Origin: Clostridia bacterium
GTDB taxonomy: Bacteria; Bacillota; Clostridia; RGIG6154
Length of the DNA: 64,000 bases
Assembly (NCBI GenBank): GCA_045605445.1
Contig: JAZUPZ010000024.1
Coordinates: forward strand, 1,956 to 65,955
Reading direction: 5' to 3'
The number at the start of each line of letters is the position of its first letter. The stretch's first letter is position 1. The position numbers and the translations under genes are program-made. Below the pieces are notes generated by a model. The model was not told the origin of the DNA and did not search any database. It worked only from the letters and a program-made list of their open reading frames with translations. Positions 54,547 through 62,649 of this stretch are shown here, one piece after another.

Positions 54547-54683
54547 TTTTTATTCTAACATAAAAGACAGACAAATGCAAATCCTTCATTTCCAAAACTG
54601 CAAAGTTTATTTCAATTTGTGCATTATTATTGACTTTGCAATATTTTTATGATACTTTTAAAAAAACGAATGAGGTATTTATT

Positions 54684-55757
54684 ATGAAATATATTTCAGA
54701 AAAAGCTCCCGAAATAACCTTTAAGAATGAGCTTTTTGTAAACCACGAAGAAAAGACAAGAAGCGGACATTTGGGGCATGCAATGGTTGAGTGTAAAAAC
54801 GGCGATATTTTAGCTTTTTATTCCAACTGTTCGGGTGAACATCCGGGCTATCCTCACGGCGGACACACGATGAAAGGCTGGGTTGAATACAAGCGCTCAA
54901 AAGACAGAGGCATTACCTGGGGCAAGCCTGAAATTCTTAAATATTCTTACGACTGTTTTGAAGAGGGCAGGCATTTTATCGGCTGTGAAAAAGCAGTTGT
55001 ATGCGATGACGGAAGCATTGTTCTTTTCTGCCTTAAAAATATGGGCGACTCTTTTGAGCCCTATGACGTTCCTACTTATCTTATAAGCAGGGATAACGGC
55101 CACACCTGGTCTGAGGCTCAGAATTTTATGAATGAAAGAGGCAGAATTTACGATGCCGCATACAAAAACGGAAAAATTTACGTTCTTGAATTCTGTCACT
55201 CTACCGAAAAGGGATTTATTTGCGAAGAGGAAAACGTTTTCTACAAAATGTTCATAAGCAATGACAACGGCAAAAGTTTCAATCTTTTAAGTGAAATTCC
55301 CTTTAACACTCTGGGCCATGCTTACGGAAACTTTATTATAAGAGAAGATAACAGCATAGTTTTTTATGCATACAATCAAAAGGACGAATACAACTTAACC
55401 TGCCTTATAAGTAACGATATGGGCAAAAGCTGGGGCGAGCCCTTTAAATCAAGGGTTGACAAAATTGCAAGAAATCCGCAGGTTGGTTACTTAAACGGAT
55501 ATTACGTTCTCCACGCAAGAAGCGAAAAGGGCGTTAACTTTGTATTTTATTATTCAAAGGATGCGGTTAACTGGAGCGAGGGCACAATTGTTTCAGAGCT
55601 TTTAGAGGGAAAACCCCGAGGCGGCTGCTACTACTCAAACAACCTGAATATTAAAGGCAACGATGGTGTTGAGCGAATGCTGGTTCAGTATTCAGAGCAG
55701 TATATGCACGAGAGTGCCCGTGTTAACATAATGCACGCGTGGATTAGTATAGAATAA
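54684..55757 (+). CDS. Sialidase-fold (BNR/Asp-box) protein
   Basis: Asp-boxes SKDRGITW, SRDNGHTW, SNDNGKSF, SNDMGKSW, SKDAVNW; GAGGT before ATG 54684; no signal peptide. Confidence 0.75.
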   Translation: MKYISEKAPEITFKNELFVNHEEKTRSGHLGHAMVECKNGDILAFYSNCSGEHPGYPHGGHTMKGWVEYKRSKDRGITWGKPEILKYSYDCFEEGRHFIGCEKAVVCDDGSIVLFCLKNMGDSFEPYDVPTYLISRDNGHTWSEAQNFMNERGRIYDAAYKNGKIYVLEFCHSTEKGFICEEENVFYKMFISNDNGKSFNLLSEIPFNTLGHAYGNFIIREDNSIVFYAYNQKDEYNLTCLISNDMGKSWGEPFKSRVDKIARNPQVGYLNGYYVLHARSEKGVNFVFYYSKDAVNWSEGTIVSELLEGKPRGGCYYSNNLNIKGNDGVERMLVQYSEQYMHESARVNIMHAWISIE

Positions 55758-55762
55758 TTTAC

Positions 55763-55864
55763 AAAAGCCCGCACCGCAAAGTATAACTACTTTGCTTACT
55801 GTGTTGCAGCTCGTCGCCGTACCTTTGTACTGTCTTCCTCGCTGCGCCTTGTCTGCGGGCTTTT
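55763..55864 (-). repeat. Structured element (GTAC-tipped), copy 2 of the XRE-linked pair
   Basis: Reverse complement aligns with 46349-46460. Confidence 0.75.
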
Positions 55865-55901
55865 CCCGAAAATAAAAAGAAACTCCGTTTTGAGGAGTTT
55901 C

Positions 55902-56123
55902 TTAATCTTTCTTTCGGGGGTATGGCTTGGGATCGTCTGTAAGCCCTGCAAGATAATCCATACTGGTGTCAAGGGCAAGCGCCAGTTTTCTGCATTGTTC
56001 AAAAGTAAAATAACGTTTTCCGTTTTCAATTTTGGAATAGTCACTTTGGTCAATTCCCGTCATTATCTGTATTTTAATTTGTGTGTATCCTTTATTTTTA
56101 CGAAGTTCTTTTATCCTGTTCAT
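55902..56123 (-). CDS. Small XRE-family HTH protein
   Basis: MNRIKELRK...YSKIENG...TSMDYLAGLTDDP. Confidence 0.9.
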   Translation of the reverse strand: MNRIKELRKNKGYTQIKIQIMTGIDQSDYSKIENGKRYFTFEQCRKLALALDTSMDYLAGLTDDPKPYPRKKD

Positions 56124-56205
56124 TTTATCACCTACAATTATTATGGCAAATTACCCTATTGAAATTATGGTTAATTTGACCTATAATGTTATTGAGGTGA
56201 TATAT

Positions 56206-56484
56206 ATGGCGGAATTTTGTTTAGATTGTTGGAATAAATTAAACAACACTAATGATTCTGAAAAAATTTATAAAATTTCAAAAGACACAGAGCTGTGTGA
56301 AGGGTGTGGCGAATTAAAGAACATTATTATAATGCCAAAAAAGTCATACTATTTAAGAAAATACCGGGTGTTTTTATTCCCGTTTAAATGTATTTATCTG
56401 ATATTGTATGTTTTATTCAGACTATTGATTTTACCTTACCTTATTTTTAAGCACAGAAAAGAACTGTTCAAAGAAAAAAACTGA
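56206..56484 (+). CDS. Small hypothetical protein with CxxC...CxxC and a C-terminal hydrophobic segment
   Basis: MAEFCLDCWNK...LCEGCGE; GAGGTG before ATG 56206. Confidence 0.7.
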   Translation: MAEFCLDCWNKLNNTNDSEKIYKISKDTELCEGCGELKNIIIMPKKSYYLRKYRVFLFPFKCIYLILYVLFRLLILPYLIFKHRKELFKEKN

Positions 56485-56591
56485 ACTTCAACCATTCGTC
56501 GTTTTCAAAAAAAGAAACTCCGTACGGAGTTTCTTCATAAACTATTCACTATTACTATTCACTAAAAAAAGCACTCCAAAGAGTGCCTTTT

Positions 56592-57113
56592 TTAATATTC
56601 TTTTGTTATTACTTTCTTTTCTTTAAGCGACTGCTGAACATCTATTATCCTCTGATTTTCCGAGCCTCTGAAAACAAGGCGGATGTTTTTCAGTTCTTCT
56701 ACAAACCTTCCGTCTACCAGAATATCGGTCATAGAAAGGATTTCGTCGGTATATTCGCATCTTGCGCGGCTTTCCTTTAAAAGCTCTTCGTCGAAGAGGT
56801 AGCCTGTATAAATCCATACGGTTTTACCGGGGCATTCTTCTTTTACCCTTCTTAAGAAAGGCAGAAGCTCTTTCTGGTTTGAGGGTTCAAAGGGTTCACC
56901 ACCGAGAACGGTAATTCCGTTGATATAATCGGGCTTTAAATATTCGATTATTTTATCCTCAACCTCTTTTGTGAAGGGTTCGCCAAAGTTGAAATCCCAG
57001 GTCTGGGCATTAAAGCAGCCCCTGCAATGATGAGTACAACCGGAAACGAAAAGAGAAACCCTTACGCCTATGCCGTTTGCAATGTCGCAATTTTTTATTT
57101 CGCCGTAATTCAT
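56592..57113 (-). CDS. nrdG: Anaerobic ribonucleotide reductase activating protein
   Basis: CTHHCRGC radical-SAM motif, GGEPF, RGSENQR. Confidence 0.95.
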   Translation of the reverse strand: MNYGEIKNCDIANGIGVRVSLFVSGCTHHCRGCFNAQTWDFNFGEPFTKEVEDKIIEYLKPDYINGITVLGGEPFEPSNQKELLPFLRRVKEECPGKTVWIYTGYLFDEELLKESRARCEYTDEILSMTDILVDGRFVEELKNIRLVFRGSENQRIIDVQQSLKEKKVITKEY

Positions 57114-59293
57114 TACAGATGGAGTACCCTTTCTTTAATTTCCTGGGTTCTTCCCTGATTCCAGTACTGAGTTCCGATATATCCGCAGGTTCTTCTTGCA
57201 ACATTCATTTTTGACTGGTCGGTATTTCCGCAGCTTGGGCATTTCCATACCAGCTTTCCGTCTTCGTCCTCGGTTATTACTATTTCTCCGTCGTAGCCGC
57301 AAATCTGACAATAGTCTGATTTTGTGTTAAGCTCGGCATACATAATATTATCATAAATAAACTTCATAACGTCGAGAACAGCCTCGATATTATTCTGCAT
57401 ATTTGGAACTTCAACATAAGAAATCGCGCCTCCGGGAGAAAGCTCCTGGAACTGAGCCTCAAATGCGAGCTTTTTGAAAGCATCGATTTCTTCCGTAACG
57501 TGAACGTGGTAGCTGTTTGTAATATAATTCTTGTCAGTTACGCCCTCGATCATACCAAATCTCTTCTGAAGACATTTTGAGAATTTATAGGTTGTTGATT
57601 CCAGCGGTGTTCCGTAAATAGAAAAGTCGATATTTTCCTGTTCCTTCCATCTCTTTGTTGCCGCATTGAGATATTTCATAACCTCAAGAGCAAAAGGAGT
57701 TGCAGAAGGATCGGTATGAGATTTTCCTGTCATATATTTAACACATTCGTAAAGACCTGCATAGCCGAGAGAAATTGTTGAATAGCCGCCGTAAAGGAGC
57801 TTATCGATAGTTTCGCCCTTTCCAAGTCTTGCAAGAGCGCCGTACTGCCAGAGAATAGGAGCCGCATCGCTTAATGTTCCCTTAAGTCTGTTATGACGGC
57901 ACATAAGAGCTCTGTAGCAAAGGTCAAGTCTTTCATCAAAGATTTTCCAGAACTTTTCAATATCTCCGCCGGAAGAAAGAGCAACGTCAACAAGGTTAAT
58001 TGTTACAACGCCCTGGTTGAATCTGCCGTAATACTTAGGCTTGTTTGTTTCCGGGTCAACATAAGGAGTAAGGAAGGAACGGCAACCCATACAGGTATAG
58101 CAATGGCCTTCGCCGTTTTTATCAACCTTAAGCTTAAGCATAACCTTTTCTGAGATATAGTCGGGAACCATTCTCTTTGCGGTACATTTTGCCGCAAGCT
58201 CGGTAAGATAATAATATTTTGAATCGGTATGAATATTATCCTCTTCAAGAACGTAAATAAGCTTCGGGAATGCAGGAGTAATCCATACACCTGCTTCGTT
58301 TTTAACGCCGATAATTCTCTGCTGAAGCATTTCTTCTATAATCATAGCAAGGTCGTTTTTCGTAACCTCGTCTTTTGCTTCGTTAAGGTACATATAAACG
58401 GTAACAAAAGGAGCCTGACCGTTGGTTGTCATAAGAGTAACAACCTGGTACTGAATCATCTGACAGCCCTTCTGAATTTCCGCGCGAAGTCTTTTTTCAA
58501 CAATTTCCTTAAGAAGCTCTTCGCTTACATCTGCCCCGATAAGCTTCATTTCAGCTTCAACGTCGCGTCTGATTTTCTTTCTGCTTACGTCAACAAAGGG
58601 AGCTAAGTGAGTAAGGGAAATGCTCTGTCCGCCGTACTGAGAGGATGCAACCTGAGCTATAATCTGAGTTGCAATGTTGCAGGCGGTTGAAAAGCTGTGA
58701 GGAGTTTCAATCATAGTTCCGGAGATAACTGTTCCGTTCTGAAGCATATCCTCTAAGTTAACAAGGTCGCAGTTATGCATATGCTGAGCGAAATAGTCGG
58801 CATCGTGAAAATGAATAAGACCTTCCTCGTGAGCACGAACGATGTCTTCCGGGAGAAGGATTCTCTTTGTTATGTCTTTACTTATTTCCCCTGCCATATA
58901 GTCACGCTGAACGCTGTTTACGGTAGGATTTTTATTTGAATTTTCCTGTTTTACTTCTTCATTATTACATTCGATAAGAGTTAAAATCTGTTCGTCGGTT
59001 GTATTTGTTTTACGAACGAGAGCTCTGTTATAACGGTATGTAATATATTTACGGGCAACGTTGAAGGCTCCTTTGCTCATAATCTGGTCTTCAACAAGGT
59101 CCTGAATTTCTTCAACACCTGCAGAACGGCCAAGCTCATTACAGGTTTTTTCAACCTTTGCCGCAATTTCTTTAATATCGTCATTTGAAAGTCTTTCGCT
59201 TTCAACAACGCTTTCGTTTGCCTTTGTAACTGCAATGATAATTTTGGTTATGTCAAATACTGTTTCGATTCCGCTTCTCTTAATAATCTTCAT
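57113..59293 (-). CDS. nrdD: Anaerobic ribonucleoside-triphosphate reductase
   Basis: N-terminal ATP cone, CMGCRS, CxxC/CxxC, RRTCGY glycyl-radical motif. Confidence 0.96.
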   Translation of the reverse strand: MKIIKRSGIETVFDITKIIIAVTKANESVVESERLSNDDIKEIAAKVEKTCNELGRSAGVEEIQDLVEDQIMSKGAFNVARKYITYRYNRALVRKTNTTDEQILTLIECNNEEVKQENSNKNPTVNSVQRDYMAGEISKDITKRILLPEDIVRAHEEGLIHFHDADYFAQHMHNCDLVNLEDMLQNGTVISGTMIETPHSFSTACNIATQIIAQVASSQYGGQSISLTHLAPFVDVSRKKIRRDVEAEMKLIGADVSEELLKEIVEKRLRAEIQKGCQMIQYQVVTLMTTNGQAPFVTVYMYLNEAKDEVTKNDLAMIIEEMLQQRIIGVKNEAGVWITPAFPKLIYVLEEDNIHTDSKYYYLTELAAKCTAKRMVPDYISEKVMLKLKVDKNGEGHCYTCMGCRSFLTPYVDPETNKPKYYGRFNQGVVTINLVDVALSSGGDIEKFWKIFDERLDLCYRALMCRHNRLKGTLSDAAPILWQYGALARLGKGETIDKLLYGGYSTISLGYAGLYECVKYMTGKSHTDPSATPFALEVMKYLNAATKRWKEQENIDFSIYGTPLESTTYKFSKCLQKRFGMIEGVTDKNYITNSYHVHVTEEIDAFKKLAFEAQFQELSPGGAISYVEVPNMQNNIEAVLDVMKFIYDNIMYAELNTKSDYCQICGYDGEIVITEDEDGKLVWKCPSCGNTDQSKMNVARRTCGYIGTQYWNQGRTQEIKERVLHL

Positions 59294-59379
59294 AACTATT
59301 CTCCTGTTTTCTTTTTTTATATTTCTCCTGAATCCTTTATTTAAGCCATCTGTAGCCCCTCTTGTGGGGTGCAGATACT

Positions 59380-59432
59380 ATTATACACCATATATTGTGT
59401 GAAAGTCAACAACAAAATACTTTATTTTGTGA
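59380..59432 (-). promoter_or_regulatory. nrdD promoter with tandem NrdR boxes
   Basis: ACACCATATATTGTGT (59385-59400) and a weaker copy at ~59417-59432; TTGACT-N18-TATAAT on the minus strand. Confidence 0.75.
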
Positions 59433-59594
59433 AATTTATTGTTTCAAAAGTGGCAAACCCGCTTGTATCAAGGCTTTCGGCGGAATAAAATTTTACATAA
59501 AAAAACAACTATTGACAAATTCATTTTAAAAGCGTATATTTGATGTAGGAATAATTTTCACTTTTATAAAAAAGTGAGACAGGAGGAAACTTTT

Positions 59595-60968
59595 ATGAAA
59601 CTGATTTATGGGATTAAAGACAAGCCCAAATTCGGACAGTTACTCATCTTTGCTCTGCAGCAGTTGCTTGCAATTATGGCAGCAACAATCGCTGTTCCTG
59701 CAATCGTAGGAAACGAAATGTCTGCGTCTGCAGCTCTTTTTGGTGCCGGCGTAGGAACAATTGTTTATCTTTTATTTACAAAATTCAACAGCCCTGTTTT
59801 CTTAGGCTCATCCTTTGCATTTATCGGCTCAATGCTTGCGGCATTTGCAGGCGGCGTTTCCATGAGCCTGGGCTATCTCGGCCTTATTTTAGGCGCACTT
59901 TTTGCAGGTCTTGTTTATGTAGTTATTGCAATTATTGTTAAAATTGCAGGTGTAAACTGGATTAACAGGCTTATGCCGCCTGTAGTAATCGGACCTACCG
60001 TTGCAATCATCGGACTTTCACTTGCAAGCGCAGCTGTTAACGACATTTTCTCATACGGCGCTAAAAATGCTGACGGTTCTGCTTTTCTTATGACACCTGC
60101 TATCTGGGTATCATTTATCTGCGCTATGGTTACACTTTTTGTTGTTATCTTCTGTTCCACATACGGCAAAAAAATGGCAAAACTCATTCCTTTTATTATA
60201 GGTATTGTTGCGGGCTATATTGTAGCTGCTGTCTTCACGGCAATCGGCATAAGCACAGGTAATGCGTCTCTTATGATTATTGATTTTGCTCCGTTTAAAG
60301 CTCTTGTTGCAGAGGGTGTTACATTGTCAACATTTATCTCCCTTCCGGAATTCACATTCCTTGAAGCATTAAAGGGAATTCCGGAATTCAACTGGACTTA
60401 CGTTGCAACAATTGCAGTTGCATATGTTCCCGTTGCATTTGTTGTTTTTGCAGAACATATCGCAGACCACAAAAACTTATCTACAATTATTGAAAAAGAA
60501 CTTCTTGAAGACCCGGGTCTTCACAGAACACTTTTAGGTGACGGTATCGGTTCTGTCGCAGGCGCAATTTTCGGCGGATGCCCCAACACCACATACGGAG
60601 AATCTGTTGGCTGTGTTGCTATAACAAAGAACGCTTCTGTATATACTATATTCACAGCAGCAGTTATGGCAATCCTTGTTTCATTCGTATCCCCCTTTGT
60701 GGCATTTCTTGATTCTATTCCGGGATGCGTTATGGGCGGCGTTTGTACGACTCTTTACGGATTCATTGCAGTATCAGGTCTTAAAATGCTCCAGAAGGTT
60801 GACCTTGAACAGAACAAAAACCTCTTTACTGCTTCTGTAATTCTTATCGCAGGTATCGGCGGACTCGCAATGTCTATCGGCAAGGTTACTCTTACCTCTA
60901 TCGCCTGTGCCCTTATACTCGGCATAATTGTTAATATCACATTATCTAAATCTACAGATTCAGAATAA
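59595..60968 (+). CDS. uraA: Uracil permease (NCS2 family)
   Basis: [27 protein letters not shown]; AGGAGG before ATG 59595; upstream of upp. Confidence 0.88.
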   Translation: MKLIYGIKDKPKFGQLLIFALQQLLAIMAATIAVPAIVGNEMSASAALFGAGVGTIVYLLFTKFNSPVFLGSSFAFIGSMLAAFAGGVSMSLGYLGLILGALFAGLVYVVIAIIVKIAGVNWINRLMPPVVIGPTVAIIGLSLASAAVNDIFSYGAKNADGSAFLMTPAIWVSFICAMVTLFVVIFCSTYGKKMAKLIPFIIGIVAGYIVAAVFTAIGISTGNASLMIIDFAPFKALVAEGVTLSTFISLPEFTFLEALKGIPEFNWTYVATIAVAYVPVAFVVFAEHIADHKNLSTIIEKELLEDPGLHRTLLGDGIGSVAGAIFGGCPNTTYGESVGCVAITKNASVYTIFTAAVMAILVSFVSPFVAFLDSIPGCVMGGVCTTLYGFIAVSGLKMLQKVDLEQNKNLFTASVILIAGIGGLAMSIGKVTLTSIACALILGIIVNITLSKSTDSE

Positions 60969-60988
60969 CCGAAATCAAGGAGGACAAC

Positions 60989-61618
60989 ATGAAAAACGTT
61001 ACAGTATTTGACCACCCTCTTATTCAGCACAAAACCACTATTTTAAGGCAGACTACCACAACCAATAAGGAATTCCGTGAGTCTGTTGAAGAAATAACAA
61101 TGCTTATGTGCTACGAGGCTTTAAGAGATTTACCTCTTGAAGAAATTGAAATTCAAACACCTATTCAGAAAACAAAACAGAAAATTTTAAGCGGCAATAA
61201 AATTGCCATTGTACCTATTCTCCGTGCAGGCCTTGGCATGGTAAACGGAATGCTTAACCTGGTTCCCACCGCAAAGGTCGGACACATCGGAATGTATAGA
61301 GACGAGGTTACAATGCAGCCTCAGGAATATTACTGCAAGCTCCCTACAGATATTGATAAAAGACTTATCGTTGTGGTTGACCCTATGCTTGCAACCGGCG
61401 GCTCTGCAATTGATGCCATAAGCCAGATTAAATCCTACGGCGGCTCAAACATTAAGTTCCTTTGCCTTATTGCGGCACCTGAAGGAATTGAAGCCCTTAC
61501 AAAGGCTCATCCCGACGTTCAGATTTACTGTGCAAATGTTGACGAAGGACTTAACGAAAACTGCTACATTGTTCCCGGTCTTGGCGATGCCGGCGACAGA
61601 ATTTTCGGAACGAAATGA
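60989..61618 (+). CDS. upp: Uracil phosphoribosyltransferase
   Basis: [40 protein letters not shown]. Confidence 0.97.
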   Translation: MKNVTVFDHPLIQHKTTILRQTTTTNKEFRESVEEITMLMCYEALRDLPLEEIEIQTPIQKTKQKILSGNKIAIVPILRAGLGMVNGMLNLVPTAKVGHIGMYRDEVTMQPQEYYCKLPTDIDKRLIVVVDPMLATGGSAIDAISQIKSYGGSNIKFLCLIAAPEGIEALTKAHPDVQIYCANVDEGLNENCYIVPGLGDAGDRIFGTK

Positions 61619-61634
61619 TATACTCGCAATGCTC

Positions 61635-61698
61635 GTAATAGATAATAGCTAATAGAAATAGTTGGAACTCCGACGGACACCATCGGAGTTCCTTTTTT
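61635..61698. repeat. TAATAG heptamer tract plus GGAACTCCG hairpin (terminator-like)
   Basis: TAATAGATAATAGCTAATAGAAATAG-TT-GGAACTCCGACGG-ACA-CCATCGGAGTTCC-TTTTTT; hairpin nearly identical to that at 4932-4958. Confidence 0.7.
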
Positions 61699-61715
61699 AT
61701 GACGAATTTTTTTGA

Positions 61716-61786
61716 AATTCAATTCGTGTTGCCTTGCAACAATTCATGGCAAAGCCAATTCACGACAACAACGTTGTCAATTCAAT
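61716..61786. repeat. AATTCA-linked hairpin array
   Basis: AATTCGT-GTTGC-CTT-GCAAC-AATTCAT-GGC-AAA-GCC-AATTCAC-GACAAC-AAC-GTTGTC-AATTCA. Confidence 0.75.
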
Positions 61787-61826
61787 CATAAAGAAATTTT
61801 AGCCGCTTTTTTGGGTTTTTCTTTAT

Positions 61827-62573
61827 TTAATCTACCTCAATGAATTTTGTGGTTTTGCATTTTTTCTTTGTTTCCTCGGGGAACTTAAAGTCGCTTATTA
61901 CATAATTTATACCTTCGAAGTCGAAAAGAACCTCTTTTATGTTTCTGTCTGCCTTGGCATGGTCGGCAAGAAAATAAGTTTTCTGGGCGTTGTTTTTCAT
62001 TATTTTCAAAAGAAGATAGTAGCCGCCCCTTGAATCGATTTGTCCTTTGGCGGAAAACGCCCCCGTTGAGAAAAACATTTTATCAACCTTATATTTATAG
62101 GCGTTTTCAACCGTAAGGTCGGAATATAAAACGCTGGGCGCTTCAAAAACCTTTCCACCGAGACAGATTACATTTATTCCGTAAGACGAGAGAATACTTA
62201 CAACCGCAAGATTATTTGTTATAACCGTTAAATTTTTTCTGTTTATTATATATGAGCACAAATACTGGGTTGTTGTGCTCCCGTCGATAAAAATTGTATC
62301 GCCGTTTTTAATAAGCTTTGCCGCCTCGCAGGCAATTTTATTTTTTTCCGGCTTCATTTTAAGGGAGCGGAACTGAAAGGGAATTGCCTCGCTTTTTAAA
62401 AGCTCAACGCCGCCATAGGAGCGTTTTATCATTTTTCTGTCTTCAAGAACTTTAAGGTCACGGTTTACGGTTGCATTACTGTAATGAAGCTCGTTTACAA
62501 GATATTTAACCGTAACATAATTATATTTATTGAGTATGTCCATTATGCGCTGAAGTCTTTCTTCGGAATACAT
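61827..62573 (-). CDS. DeoR/GlpR-family regulator
   Basis: SNATVNRDL HTH, RSYGG, IFIDGSTT, VITNN. Confidence 0.92.
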   Translation of the reverse strand: MYSEERLQRIMDILNKYNYVTVKYLVNELHYSNATVNRDLKVLEDRKMIKRSYGGVELLKSEAIPFQFRSLKMKPEKNKIACEAAKLIKNGDTIFIDGSTTTQYLCSYIINRKNLTVITNNLAVVSILSSYGINVICLGGKVFEAPSVLYSDLTVENAYKYKVDKMFFSTGAFSAKGQIDSRGGYYLLLKIMKNNAQKTYFLADHAKADRNIKEVLFDFEGINYVISDFKFPEETKKKCKTTKFIEVD

Positions 62574-62649
62574 TTACATACCTCCGTGATAATTGTTGAT
62601 AAATTCAGTATACATAATTCTTCATTTTTTGTCAACAAAAAACCGCCTG

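Noticed and set aside
59500-59594. PyrR attenuator upstream of uraA-upp
   Set aside because: No PyrR-binding loop consensus or terminator is visible in the short leader.
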